This document shows positions 37,181-51,009 of a stretch of 64,000 bases of DNA, in pieces (positions within the stretch are counted from its first letter, which is position 1; each line of letters starts with the position of its first letter). The stretch spans positions 110,796,001 to 110,860,000 of the forward strand of contig NW_024704742.1 of NCBI RefSeq assembly GCF_018977255.1. The letters run 5' to 3'. Origin of the DNA: Callorhinchus milii. Taxonomy: Eukaryota. The notes under the pieces are model-generated. The model was not told where the DNA came from, did no database searches, and saw only the letters and a list, made by a program, of their open reading frames with translations. A program made the position numbers and the translations under genes.

Positions 37181-39642
37181 AAAATCTTCAAGATTATGAA
37201 AGGATTGATGGGGGAATTATTTATTATATTGTGTGCATTTGCCCAGTCATACCACTTTACAGTATACTCTGTCAAACGCTTTGACAATTGATTTGCCTTC
37301 CTTTGACAATTCTGCAGACTTGGCATCCACGAAAAGCAACTGGAGACTCCATTCTGTATAAAATATTTTACAGTTCTTACCATCAGAACTTTGCAACTTT
37401 TTAAAATAAAAATATTGTGTCTTAAATAGCTGTGACTTAAAAATGTGGTTAACCAATTTTTAAACTTTTGGAGCAAAACTTCCAAAAATAATAGTTTTAA
37501 TCTAACAATAAAAGAAAGGGAATGAAATGATTAAAAAGCACAATTTTAAACACTTTAATAAAACTGAGTTCAATTTAAATATCAAAAGCATGAGCATACC
37601 TTTGCAATGATGTATTTCGGGCTATGTGACAGAAATTGCTTTGTATAGTTATTTTAACCTACAATCATTGTTTTTTCTGAAGTATTAGCAGCAATTATCA
37701 TTAACATTGAAGCACTTACCTGTGACTAGTGCAATAAATCTTGTTAAAATAACCAAAACATACTTTTTACATGGAGCAACCTGTCCCGCAGAATCAACAC
37801 CATCTGTACATAATTACCTTGCTGTGTGTACAGATGGAAGCATAAGTATTTCCATTCCTTTCAGCAATGTCACAGTAAAGTAACACAATTACATTTTGGC
37901 CACACTGGCATTATTTCTTGAAAACTATTCTGTTCCTTTAATTAAAATGTGCATTTCTCGGTAAATGTTTCAATTGTCATTGATCAACATTTTAAACTTC
38001 AAGAGGAAAGAATTTGATAAAAAAAAACTTGTGCCATTTGTTTCTTGTTTAATTTTTAACTTGTATTTATGGGGTATCCATTCTTGATAAATAATAATAA
38101 TCCTTGCATTTGATATAGCACCGTTTGCATCGGGAGGACATCTCATGCACTTCACAGGATTTACTGTAAAGTGATGCGACTGTGTACTTTGTAGGTGAAT
38201 GCGGCTGCCAATTTGTGTACAGCAATGTGGACCAAACAGCCATGAAGCAAATAACCAATTTTATCTGGAGGATTGTTTAGAATAAGGAAAAGGGTATGAA
38301 TCAGTGCATCATCCTTTAGACTGCTTATCTATTTTTTGCATCGTTGCATAATCTCTTTGGACAGAGAAAGAAAGTGAACACGTTCCCTGAAGGTAGAAAC
38401 TTAAATTGTCAGCAGGATACTTTAAACTCCTTAGACCACTTTTAATCAGAAATCACAGATTGTATGAAGCCATAAAACATCAGCTTGGATGTCAAATGAA
38501 TCGAACAAGGGTTTTCTACTGCCTAACATGGAACATACAGCATGTTATCTTGCACACTCAGTTCTTCTCTCTGCCTGCAATTCACCTTTACACTGTCTTT
38601 CCATTTTCACATTTGTTGCTCATTGTTCTGCATGCCATGTCTCTTGTTTCACAATCATAATGCACATATGTAAACAATTATCACAATTTCTCTCTCTCTC
38701 TCGCTCTCTCATTTTGACTAATGGCTGAACTATTACCATTGATGAAGTACACAGAGATACATTGTACAGAACATGCTATTGCATTTGGTACTCATTAAAA
38801 GGATTACTCATTAGCAACTAATTGGTCCTGATTTGGAGATATTTTGTGTTATTGTTTAAGGAGAAAACATCTTCAAAAAACCTGAAAGTAGCAGTCACAG
38901 AGCTTTACTCAAACCAAAACACTCCTGCCCTACCATTAACCTCAAAACCAACTGACTGCAAAAATTGACCACTCAACCTGCACACCAAAATTAGCTGGGG
39001 GATAAAGACAGGGAAAAATATTCTGGTTACTGCCACTTGTCCAGCTAAGTACAATATAAGCTACAGTAATTCAATACAATTTTCAGTGTAGTTTTCTCAT
39101 ATTTCTTACTATGTTTCTGTTGTAATGCAATGTGGATGTATGTTCTCTAAGATGTAATGATGTTAAGGAATAATACCATTGGCACATTACAGAGAAGAAA
39201 TGAAATTGTACACAGACTATGCCTTCTCTGCCATTATTATCAGGTTATTGTATAAACCCATAACCATAAGTTTTCAAATTTCTTGGTAATGTTGAGGAGA
39301 AAAATAATCATTTCGAAACCATGACTAAATTTTCTTTTTTTATACCTTTTTTAGTTGTGGAACAGTGTAATCTAGCCTGTTAGTATTACGTTATCAACAC
39401 ATGTTAATGTTTGCAACCTACATCAGGTTCCAATAAGAGTTTTGCAATACTTGTTACACTCATGTTGTAATGAATTCTGGCTTTTTTTCTCCATTGTATT
39501 TTGGCAAGAAGCAATATTATTTTTATTGGCTATACTGCTAGCAGCACTGGTTTGTGGGAGGGGTTGCCTGCAGCAGCGAGACTCCCTGCAGTGTGAGAGG
39601 GTAGAAGTTCTTCATGTCCTCTGTTTTACCCTGTACAACAAG

Positions 39643-39882
39643 GGTTCAGAGGAAAGCAGTCCTGACATTGACCTCTCAGAGACCCAGCCATTGAAACAGC
39701 CTCAACAAGGTATTAACACAGCAAATGTGCTCCTTAAAACATTACCAGCTGCAGAAGGCAGCGAGAGTTCTGATAAAAGGGCCACTTTGCAGACAGTACA
39801 TCCAAAGAGATGCAGACGAGTCATCATTTCAGAAACTAAACATCCAAAATCCCATCCATTAAGAGTACTGTTGAACCTTAAG
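39643..39882 (+). CDS. Candidate orphan internal exon (GSEESSPDIDLSETQPLKQ...HPLRVLLNLK), product unknown
   Basis: Lies inside the longest non-repeat ORF of the window (39442-39918). A pyrimidine tract plus AG precedes 39643 and AAG|GTact follows 39882; 240 bp, phase 0-0. No recognisable homology. Confidence 0.2.
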
Positions 39883-41629
39883 GTACTTATCAATGTTTCA
39901 CAGTCTAATAAAATGTAAGAAATACATTCTGCACTTGATCCTCTTTAAAAATATCCTCATTGAAAACATTTTCCAGAAATGCAATCCTCATTTATTTTCA
40001 GAGGTGTTTTTTTATCCAGGATAATGTTGATAAATATTATTAACTGTTAAGTAATAATAATAATAATTCTTGTATTTGATATAGGGCCTCACCACATCTT
40101 TGAGATGTCTCAAAGAGCTTCACAGGATATACTGTAAGGTGAATTGACTGTATTTTTTTTGGCAAAGCATGGCGGCCAATTGCGCACGGCAGTGTCCCAC
40201 AAACAGTTGTGGATTGAGTGACCAATTAAGGGCTGCAATAGCACTTTTAAATTATTAACAAGTTCGAATCCTTTTAGTGAAACTGTCTACATCCCATTTA
40301 CACCTTTCAGCCTCCACCTTTCTCTTTCCAGTTCCAAATTATTTGAGGAGGGTACTTATTTAAATGTACCAATATAAAAGGTACGGGGAAAGAGCCTGAA
40401 AATGGAACTTGAGTCCCGTGTGTAGCTCCAATGATGGAGCTAGCAGTAGCATAGGTTTGTTGAGCCGAATGTCCGCCTGCTCGCACTGTATCTAATTGCT
40501 ATGAATCTATGAGATTTTACTTGCATTCTGGCACTTACCAAAACTAACTGGCTCTCACACATGATCAGCTGATCACCAGCATAGACATAAATGCATTAGC
40601 ACAATTGCTGCCATTATTGGGACAGCACATCAAAACTGCTCCTACTGTTACCAGAGTACTATTTTAAATAGTTTTATAATACTACCCTTCATATCAAGTA
40701 TATTAAAGACAACTGAGAACCAGCAAAATGCATTTATTCTGCATTATCTGCCTCTCACAGAGGCACATTTCCTAGACAATCCTTTATTTAATACGTGAAC
40801 TAGTCATCAATATTAACCGAGATAGACAGTACCCTTCTTACCAAACCTTTTTGTTCCCAAAAATAAGAATATTAATTGCTCAGCTTGTTCTCATTCCTAT
40901 TCTCATTACAGTAGTTAATAATTCTTATGCGTGCCAAGTGAAAATAAAACGGTGCATTATAATGTAGAAAATGAAGGCATTAGTGAGTCAAGTTAAAATT
41001 TGTGATTACCCAAATGACCACACTATTGTTCCAGTCCATTACCTACATATGGTCTTATAAGATTCCACCCACTTGGTATAGTGATTGACAATCAAAATGA
41101 ACAACTACCCTCAGACAATTAAAACCAATACTCTTGGTAATGCAACCAATATCTGAAAATCAACCTGCAGAGCCTATGCTGTTGCACAGGAGTCCTAGAC
41201 AGCACAGGAACTATCTAATAATATTAATCCTTGCATTTAATATGATATCTTTCATGTCTGAAGAATGTCTCAAAGCACATTAAACGATTTACTGTAAAGT
41301 TCAGTGACTATTTTGTAGGCGAACGCAGCAACCAACTTGTGCACAGCAATGTTCCACAAACTGCCAAGTACCAATTTTATCTGTGAGAAGCAGTAAATTT
41401 CATACATAAGAGAGGAAGTATCAGACAATAGTTTCTTATAAAGGTTTGATAGAAAATAATGAGGGAAAGTTTTCAGTTAATGATGTGACAATTATCATTA
41501 GGCCAGAATATACAGTTGTTTTTGTCTGAACAGCTTACCAACCTGATGTCTCCTCAGCCCCCCACCCCCCACTCCCCTTCATGCCTGGGCCAGAAATATC
41601 TTGAGTTGGGCTAGGTCTGATTCTCAACT

Positions 41630-41960
41630 AGAGAGAGCCATGAAAGAAGAGATGTTTAAGGGAGAACTTAATGGAAGTATTTAAAATTATAAAAATGTTT
41701 GATAAAGTTGACATAAATAGGCTGTTCCTGCTGGTTGGGGAGTCCATAGCCAGGGGACAGGGAGATTGTGAGGGTAGGGAGATTGTGTAATTCGCTGCCT
41801 GAAATGGTGGTTGAATCAGCCAGTGTAGATGCATTCAAGAGAAAGCTAGACCTTCACATGAGTGAGGAGGGAATAGGAGGGTAAGGGATGGAGTAAGGAA
41901 TGGGTGAAGACACCAGCACAGACTGGTTGGGTCGAGTGGCCTGTTTTGGCGCTGTACATT
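41630..41960 (+). mobile_element. CR1 3' fragment
   Basis: gaagagatgtttaagggagaacttaatggaagtatttaaaat and tail ttgggtcgagtggcctgtttt. Confidence 0.7.
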
Positions 41961-42304
41961 CTTTCTAGCTCTTAGCAAATCTTTGCAAAAAATTATTTTA
42001 AAAACAAGTTAAAAAGGCATCCGAGAGGTTAGTAGTCAAAGATAAAAACTAGAAAACTAACACTGGTGACCTGCAGCTGATGATTATACAATTAAATTCA
42101 TCAAGGGAATTTCCATGGATTAGAGTGACATACTTCCAGTTACTACAACAATAACAACAAAATTACATTTATAGAGCACCTTTCACGTCGGGAGGACATC
42201 CCAAGGCACTGGATTGTCAGGTAAGAAATCCCCCATTTGTGTGGCTCAGATTCTTTATTCAGGAAACCTTTTTTAAGGGATCTTATTGGAAATACTATAT
42301 TTTA

Positions 42305-42645
42305 GGCCTGTCGTGTAGTGGTTATCACGCATGTCTCGCAAATGAGAGGCCACGGGTTCAATATCCGTGCAGGGCGAAACCTTAGGCAAGTTTCCGTACT
42401 CCACACGACTCTGTTTACCCAGCAGTAAGTAGAAACCCGGTTATCAGTCGTTTGGTGGATCGCTTTCTGGGGGTAATAGTCCCTTCAAACAAATAAGTAA
42501 ATAAATTAGTCACTCAATCCTCAACGGTTTGTGGGACACTGCTGTGTGCAATTGGCTAGTGTATTTCGCCCACAAAACGTATAGTCAATTCACTTCACAA
42601 TATATTCTGTGAAACACTTTGAGACATCTTAATGATTATTATAAT
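42305..42645 (+). mobile_element. tRNA-derived SINE, full length
   Basis: Colinear with 18668-19012. Confidence 0.85.
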
Positions 42646-43689
42646 TGCAGGGCTTATCATATGTGCTTCAAAAATGGAGAGGAACAAAAATTGAGCACCA
42701 GTGTGAAAAGAATCTGGAATAATTTTTGCTACTCATGTCATATTGTCATCACTTGCTGGAACAATAAAGACAGTTTACATTCTACAGTGAACGGACAATG
42801 AAAGTGTAACCTCTGCTCTGTTACCTGTGAAATAGCAAATGGAGTCAGGGAAGAAGCGATCATAAGTCCTATGATGCCACCTGCTGTACACAAGGTATTT
42901 TACAATTCATGCTGCACATTGTAGCCGAATACTGTATTTTCAAACTTCAAAAATACTGTATTGCCAAATAACAATTTTGAGCAAGGATTGTATCTAGAGA
43001 ATGTGTAAAACATTTGCTCAAAGTAAAACTAAGGGTAAACAAAGATTTAATTCGTAAAAGTTATATACCAAAACACCAGCTGTAAGTATCCTGGAAAGAA
43101 CAAACAATTGCTGCAGAATACAATACGTTTTAATGCTAGCTTTGCTGTCGTCGAAGAATGCTAAATTGGCTTTGAAAACTAGATTTTGCACAAAATTATC
43201 ATAATGTGTAAAAAGCATAAAACAGAAAAACACAGAGTATGGAGTCACGAATGCAAGACAATAACCTTGTCATATGCAATGTACCGAATTGTTCCTGTCA
43301 GTCCTAGGGAGTTAAAAAAGACTGTCATTAAGCTGACAGTGCTCAATGTATTATCCTTAACTGACTGTTTAAATTATAAAAACCCCACCTTCTGTCAGGG
43401 CCCGCATTCAGTCATCAAGACAACTAACCTGTCTGCTAATATGAAAATATGCTTCAGTAATATTCCTCAGTTCATAAGTACAGTATAAGCAATTCTTCTT
43501 TTCCTTTATATTAATGATGTTGCATCATGCAACACCAATATAATTCTAACCACAGTATTACTCAAACCTTTCAGCTGTTGTCTAGTTTATATATATATTT
43601 ATTTGCTGCTTTTTTAAAATGAAGTCTTTCTTTTTTTTTAACCCAAGCAAAATGAATGTCACAAACGGGTTACAACAAACAATCACCAA

Positions 43690-44412
43690 TAGTATTTATG
43701 TAACTCCCCATCATTCAACGTAGCATCTTGGAACGCTGAACAGTGGCCAAACTTCATACTGAGTCAGGGAGAGAGAGGAGGTCACTGAAGTCATGGCCAA
43801 AAAGGAACATCTTCAGGTGCAATCTGAAGAAGAGCAAAGAGGAGGCAAGGCAGAAGGATTGAGGCAGAGAGCACCTTAGTTTTGGGGTATAATAGCTGAA
43901 AGCACTGCTACTGATGGTGGAGCAGAGGGGATGTGGAATGTGCAAGAGGCCAGAGCTAGCTAAAAGGAGAGATTATACCTGTTTCTGGGATGGGGGTGAT
44001 ATGATCACGGAGCCTGGTGCGGGAGAGGACACCAGCTGCAATGTTCTGGATGATTTGTAGCTTGTGGAGGGAAGAGTTGGGAAGGCCAACAAGCAGGGAG
44101 TTGACGTAGTTGAACATAGATGCTCCACGTCCCTTCCCGACCCACCCCACCATCTGCAGTCGGGCCTTCAGCCTCTCTGCCCCTGCCATCTGGAACTATT
44201 CCAAAGTCCTTTCACCTTGCCTGCTTCGAGGCACATCTCAAGACCCTCTTCTTCAACCATGCCTTTGGTGACCCTCCTAACCCTACCCTCCCTGCCCTCC
44301 ACCCCTTCTGATCCGAACCCTCTGCTTGGGTATAAATCCCTGACTGTCCAGCACCTTGGTATGTCCTCCTGACGTGAAAGGTGCTATACAAATGTAATTT
44401 GTTGTTGTTGTT
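43690..44412. mobile_element. L2 cluster: old 3' end (-, 43690-43955) plus an inverted/direct pair (-, 43990-44117; +, 44119-44412)
   Basis: The minus segment encodes [23 protein letters not shown]...DHITP. The plus segment starts at LHVP and ends in the L2 tail with (GTT)n. Confidence 0.85.
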
Positions 44413-44491
44413 TCTGGGACTGCAGTATAATTTCCATGATCTTGAGGAATCCAGCATTTCATGTTCCTTTGCCTCAAACCACCTCCCCGCG

Positions 44492-44520
44492 CCCCCCCCC
44501 CCCCCCCCCCCACACACACA
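44492..44520 (+). repeat. Poly-C run (about 20) followed by a short (CA)n
   Basis: Directly visible. Confidence 0.9.
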
Positions 44521-45329
44521 TTTATTCATCTCTTCTATATATAACTGCAAAGCAAAACTGTGCAACATTATTAGACTTTTATTACCATACATATTTTCTA
44601 TTCTGGTAAAAATGCAATTAGTGAAACCGAATATCATAAAGAATAATATAAATTGTAAGGGACAAATATTAAAATGTAGAATCCTATCTCATTAACTAAG
44701 ACTGAGTGCCAACTCCCTTATCTCTTACCCAAGTTTACAAACACATGCTCATACATCCAGGGTTTAGTATCTACCTTGATTGGAAATGCAGAGAGGAAAC
44801 CATCTGCTCCTGAAGCACTACACTTCCAACTGATGGAACCATTGGGCAATGAATAGGAAAGTTTTTCTGAGCTTTGGGCAGGAAGAAGATGGGAATGGTC
44901 TCATATATGTCATGCTGAGTTGTGTTCACAAGGAGTACCTGATGCATGCTCTCCACCTATCGAGGGCTCGTCCCTTCGCTTATCAGACGTCTATTGACCA
45001 TCTAGTGAATATCTTGGGGCTGAACTAATTCCAAAGTGATGTGCCTGACAACAGAATTTCAGAATCAAGTCAATCCCTCTTGCAGTCTAGGTAGTCCAGT
45101 CCTGTTTTAAACTTTCTTTAGCTGTAATTCTGAGAAAGTAAACATTTTCAATACTATATGTAATAAAATAAAGGTACCGGGGTTATGGAGTAAAGACAGG
45201 CAAATAATATTGAGTTGCAGATTAGCCATGTGAGTTCAAAGTCCTGACGAGGGGATTGAACCCACAATCTTCTGACTCAGAGTACTACCACCTGAAGAAG
45301 ACCAACACCTCCATTCACTACATATACCT

Positions 45330-45820
45330 AAAGCTCATATAGATTCTACTGTTAATGAACATCCCTTTTTTTGTACATACGCATTAATCTCATTACAATA
45401 AGCATTGTCTTATGTTTACCTACATTCAACTCTATCTGCCATTTTCTCGGCCTTGCTTATAAATTGGTCCAAATCGTCTTGAATACCATTTATCCTCATT
45501 GTATTTATCCTCATTGTATTATTCATCTGCGCACACCCTTGTTTCAAGAACTGTTCTCTAAGTAAAAAGTAAAAAGTTTGAACAGCCCATTGCCTTGTGG
45601 AAATCCATGTCACTACCCCCAGAGAAAACCCACCAATTCTTTATCACCTTTTGCTTCCTATTGCTGAGCCTGTTTTAAATCCAGCCGTTAATTCCACAAA
45701 ATTAATCTTGTTTAAAATACTCACACGAAGAACGTTATCAAAATAACTTATAAAAATTCACTTAAACTATATCGACTCGATAGTCAGCATTCAATTTTTC
45801 AGGGCATTTCAGTAGATTCA
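45330..45820 (-). mobile_element. Old CR1 RT fragment
   Basis: Translates to IQDDLDQF...W/MA..VECR-like CR1 sequence and contains a 15-bp tandem duplication (atttatcctcattgt x2). Confidence 0.6.
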
Positions 45821-48800
45821 TGAGACAATATGACTTGTGGCTTTTAAATCCATGTTGAATATTCCTTCCAGTGGATGACACACATAGTACACAAGTTGAA
45901 CATTTATGGAACTGGGTCAGTTCACTAAAACAGAAGTTTCTAAAACCTCTTAAGCACCATATGAAATGCAAGAATTATTATTAACTAAGGAAAATTACTC
46001 GTCCATCTTATTATTTGCCTACAAAATACATACTCACCAAACTTTACAGTATATCCTGTGAAGTGCTTTGAGACATCCTTCCAACATAAAAGGTACTTTA
46101 TCAAATGTAAAGATTATAATTATACACAGGGGCAGATCTAAGGTCGGAGGATTCAGAAGGGGCTAGGTCAGAATTTGGCCAACTTGGTTCCACCCTTCTG
46201 CTGCCTTCCAATATGGCTCTGATTGGCAAATGGGCTGCCAGTCAGTCAGTGGGCAGGCTGTGGGTGATGGCCAGCCTTTAATTGCGAACAAGTATAGGTT
46301 TGTGAGTCAGTTTTGCCTGACATTAGCTGATCTCAAAGTGATGGGGAGGAATAAGTCCCCCGACCCCACCCCCAACCATTGCCTTAGTTGATGATTACCT
46401 TCTGCACATTGTTCTATTGCAATCCCCTTGATTTTGAATGGTGACTCAAAGCTGACCATTGTAATCTGAATTGCTCCCCACAGAGCGTGGTGTTTCAGTG
46501 GCACTTTATATAATACCAGCTTAGCTGAATCAGAGCTATGGACTACTCGATAACCGACAAAAGGTAAATTATTCTATTTTATTTATGTAGGCGTTTTGAG
46601 TTTCGTAATAACTATTCTGTTGCTATGGTTATAAGATGCCATTCATTGGTTAGAGGTACAGTTATAGTATTTGATTTTTTTTCAATTTGGTCGTTTATAC
46701 ATGGAATAAATTATATACCCCTCCAAAGCAAAATAATTATTGATTACATTGCCTGTTATTGCCTGTTAAGACATTTGATTTACAAGCTAAAATATAATCT
46801 AATTAACTCCTTAGTGTTTCACTGGAATGTTGATCTAGAGTGGGAACCCACAACCTCCTGATTCAGAAGCAAGAATGCTACCAACTGAACCAGGATGACA
46901 CCCAAACCCCAGAATGCAAAATAAAGTAAGAAATGATGGAATGCACAACATGTGAGTCAGGATAAGATAGAGAAAAAAAATTAGTTTTTTCAGGCTTGAC
47001 TATTCACAAGATCACACGTATGTTTCAAGAAAAAAGTTTGGTTTCTTGTGAGGTCCATTAGCCTATTTGATCTCATCCTTCCAGAATTTCAACTCTAGTC
47101 TCACATGACATCATCAAAGTATTTATTTAATGAATCCAACTGTTTTGGCCTCAATCCCCCTTCTTGGTAACTCTTGCCAGCCGTGGAATACCCTCCGTAT
47201 AGAGAAATACACCTGATATTTATTTGTTCTAAGGTCAATTCACTTTACAGTATATTCTGTGAAGCGCTTTGTAACGTCTAGAAGATGTGAAAAGCGCTAT
47301 ATCAAATACAAGGATTATTATTATTATTACACTTTTATCCTTTGCATTCCTGATCTTATGTTCGCTTGCCCTCACATGCATATGTGATAACAATTCATGC
47401 ACATGATTTGATAATAAGATATACATATCTCAAAAAGTGAAAGGGATTTGGAATGCACTGCCTCAGGAAACCATGAAAAATTGATTATGGGATTCAAGAA
47501 AGAGGTGGATAAGTACTTGGAAAATAGAAATACTAAAGAATATGTTAGGGAAGTGGAATTGGGAGGTATAAAATCATAGTGCCATGGAGGGATAGTCTGC
47601 AGCAGACAAATAACAATTAAAATATCATACACTTCAATTTTCATCCCCTTATTTCCTCATTAATGTTTTCTGACACCAATAAATCTATGATCTGGAAAAG
47701 AGAGACCTGAACATTAGGCAGAGAAAGAAGCGTGTGGGAGTTTATGGTTATCTGGCAATAACTCCACCCAGGCATCTCTCTGTCTCGACCCCTCCCTCTA
47801 AAACCTATCCTAAAACTTGTCTTTTTGACAACTCCCCAACCCCAGCTCGGGCACCCTGTCAATTCTGTGAAGTGCTTTCAGACAATCTCCTGATGTGAAA
47901 GGTGCGATATATTGTTGTTCTCTTGTTGTATGCTGTCATAAACTATGAGAGTAAAATCTGTACATATGCTGTGGCTTTGAACACACTCACAGACATTTTT
48001 TTTAAAAAAAAGTGATATTTGCATATTTTTAGGCACTACACTCCAAATTTCTGGAACTTCTTGCCTCAATCCCTCGGTCTCGCCCATTCTTTGCCCATCT
48101 TCAGATCACACCTGAAGACTTTCCTCTTCAGCCACGCCTTCGGTCACCTCCCCTTTCTTTCCAGTTTGGCATCAAATCACACCACTGTTAAACACTCCAA
48201 GATGCTACCCGCAGGAAGAGCACTGTATAAAACCAAGTTGTTGTTGTTGTTTGCAGTCTTTTATTAAGTTTAGACTTTTGCCACCCTGATTAGTAATAAC
48301 ACAAATGAGACCTCAACACATCTTGTTCAGCGATCCAACAATTAACCTGCTCTGACTGTCTGAGAATTAGTGTAGTCCAAAATTATAAACACAAAGCATT
48401 AAAACTGGAACTTCAAACAGAAGTGGTTCTGAATAAGTATTTTCCTAAAAAGCACTTAATTATCCCAGAAATGTAGTCTAGTTAATGATGTTTGTGGGAT
48501 TGTTTTTATCCGTGTTGTTGGTCGAAGCAAAACTGCACCTTTCTATTCAGGTTAAGTAAATGTTTTAGTGCATGGGCCACCATAAACTAACAAGAGAGGT
48601 ATCACATTTATCCTGACATTATGTCAAAAAACTAAATGGTTCACTAAATGGAGACTTTTTATATATTGGAGATTTACAGCATTTTGATAAGTGACATTGG
48701 ACAAGAATTACACATTTCTTATGCTGAAACTCATAATAAATCTCATTTCAGGATTCTTTTTTATTGTCAGTTATCATCCAACGACAATGCTTTTTACCAT

Positions 48801-49166
48801 CATGGGCCTGATAGAAACACGATATGTGAAATTGTTATGTCACATCACTTATCATGATTTAATACAAGTCAGCTGGTACCATTTTAATAAATCAAAATAG
48901 TAGCTTTATACTGTAATGATTTTGTAGCTTCCTCATTCTGTTACTATGATATACAGTATAAGTTATCTTCCTTTGAAAAATGTACTGGCCAAAGTATAAA
49001 AATACTGAAGACTGCAATAGACCAGATTATTCAAGGAGCTTGGTGGGCAATAAATATGGTGACCTTGGAGGCCATCCTCTTTCTACTTTTGTGAAACAAA
49101 CTTCACTCACACTCCTTTAACTACATCAAAAAACAGTGGTATAAATAGGGATAAGCGAGAGCTCTT

Positions 49167-50343
49167 CAACAACAACAACAAGATTCCATTTATAAAGCGC
49201 CTTTCACGTCAGGAGGACGTCCCAAGGCGCTGCACAGTTGGGTCATGGCCCGAGCAGGGGGGAAATGGTCAGGGTGAGGGGAGGGAAGGGAGGGAGCGAG
49301 GAGGGGGGAAATGGTCAGGGTGAGGGGAGGGAAGGGAGGGAGCGAGGAGGGGGAAGAGAGTCGAGAGGGGAGCTGAAGGCTCGGTCAAAGAGAAAGGTTT
49401 TGAGACCGGCCTTGAAGGAGGAAAGGGAGGAAGCAAGGCGAAGGCACTGGGGGATAGAGTTCCAGAGCCTGGGGGCTGAGAGGCTGAAGGCCCGACCACC
49501 GATGGTAGGGCGGTTGGGGCGGGGGACGTGGAGCAGACCAGAGCCAGAGGAACGGAGGGTACGGGCAGGTAGGTAGGGGGATAGTAGGTCAGAGAGGTAG
49601 GAGGGAGCAAGGCCGTGAATGGCCTTGTAGGTGAGGATGAGGATCTTGAAATCAATCCTCTGGGGGATGGGGAGCCAGTGGAGGCGAGCGAGGGTGGGAG
49701 TGATGTGGTCCCGAAGCCTGGTGCGGGACAGTACACGAGCTGCAGAGTTCTGAATGATCTGCAGCTTGTGGAGGGAGGTGGCGGGAAGGCCGGCGAGGAG
49801 AGAGTTCCCATAGTCCAGCCTTGAGGTGACGAAGGCGTGAACTAGGGTTTCAGCAGCGTGAGGGGTGAGGTAATGCCGTAGTCTGGCGATGTTCCGGAGG
49901 TGATGGAAGGCGGTGCCAGTTGTGGTGCGGATGTGAGGGAGAAAGGACAGCTCAGGGTCGAACAAAACGCCAAGGTTCCTGACTGGCTTTGAGAGGTGGA
50001 GAGTGCAGCCTTGGATGCTGATGGTGTCAGCGCCTGAGGTGCGGAGGCGCTGACGTGAGCCAATCAGGAGGGCCTCGGTTTTTCGCACGTTGAGCTGAAG
50101 AAAGTTGTCTCTCGTCCAGGACTCGATGTCGGACAGGCAGGCTGTCAGGACATCGGTGGTCGTGGAGTTGAGAGTAGAGGAGGAAAGGTAGAGTTGGGTG
50201 TCATCCGCATACATGTGGAAGTTAACTCCATGTCTGCGGATGATGTCACCAAGAGGGAGCATATAGAGGGTGAAGAGGAGGGGACCAAGGACAGAGCCCT
50301 GAGGGACACCTCATGAGAGTGCGGGGGGTGGAGGAGAAGCCAT
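49167..50343 (-). mobile_element. Young L2 LINE, 5'-truncated, uninterrupted ORF2 C-terminal part (315 aa)
   Basis: [73 protein letters not shown]; (GTT)n tail; CpG-rich. Confidence 0.97.
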
Positions 50344-50344
50344 T

Positions 50345-50995
50345 CTTCAGTGGTATGAGAAGATGATTCAGAAGGAGCCTGTGAAGGGCAATTTCAGGAC
50401 AGATACCACAATTTTTTTCTGTACACAGAGGATAATGATCAACTGGCCAGGTTGCCAGGAAAGGTGTAGAGGCCAGGACACTAGATTCATTTATTGGGGG
50501 GACAGTAGGTTGGGTGTTCTGGAGGGATGAGATTGGATGGGCTAAAGGGCCTTCTTTATCCAAATCGATCTTGTGAGCTTGTGATATTATTCTCCTCAAT
50601 TCAGGAACTTCTTTCTATTGACTTTTTGAGGAGGAAACATCACAATTTGATTGTGAGAAGGTATGTGACATAGTGTATCGAAACTTCCGAAAGCCCTTTG
50701 ACAAAGTATCATATGAGACATCGCTTTACAAATTGATGACACTTTTTCAAGGGCAAGAAATGGAGATGTTTCAAAATTGCCTGAAGGGAAAGAAGCAAAG
50801 GGTAATCATTACGGGAGCGAAGTCAAAATGGGAGATATTAAGCAGGGTGCCTCTGGAATTTATTCTACGAGCCCTCCTTTTCCTTGTACACATTAATGAC
50901 CTAGATTTGCAGACTCAGTTCAATGTAATTAAATTTACAAATGGTAGCAAGTTGGAGGGAGACTGTGGAATTAGAGGAGACAGCAAAGGTCTCAC
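50345..50995 (+). mobile_element. Old CR1 fragments: a 3' end (50345-50590) and an RT segment (50600-50995)
   Basis: YRNFRKPFDKV, KKQRVIITG, LLFLVHINDLD, KFTNGSKL (degenerate FADDTKL). Confidence 0.8.
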
Positions 50996-51009
50996 ACCAA
51001 GGTACTTTT

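Noticed and set aside
42820..42900. VQQVA-like RCC1 echo and CTCF-like tgccacctgctg
   Set aside because: Two stops fall at conserved positions, and a short motif match alone is not evidence.
44771..44956. Minus-strand 61-aa ORF ending at AAG|GTAG
   Set aside because: The acceptor lacks a pyrimidine tract and the peptide has no RCC1 or other motif.
49238..49824. Gly/Arg/Glu-rich and Pro/Ser-rich ORFs (also 51011-51751, 59361-61499)
   Set aside because: Alternative or antisense frames of GC-skewed L2 sequence.
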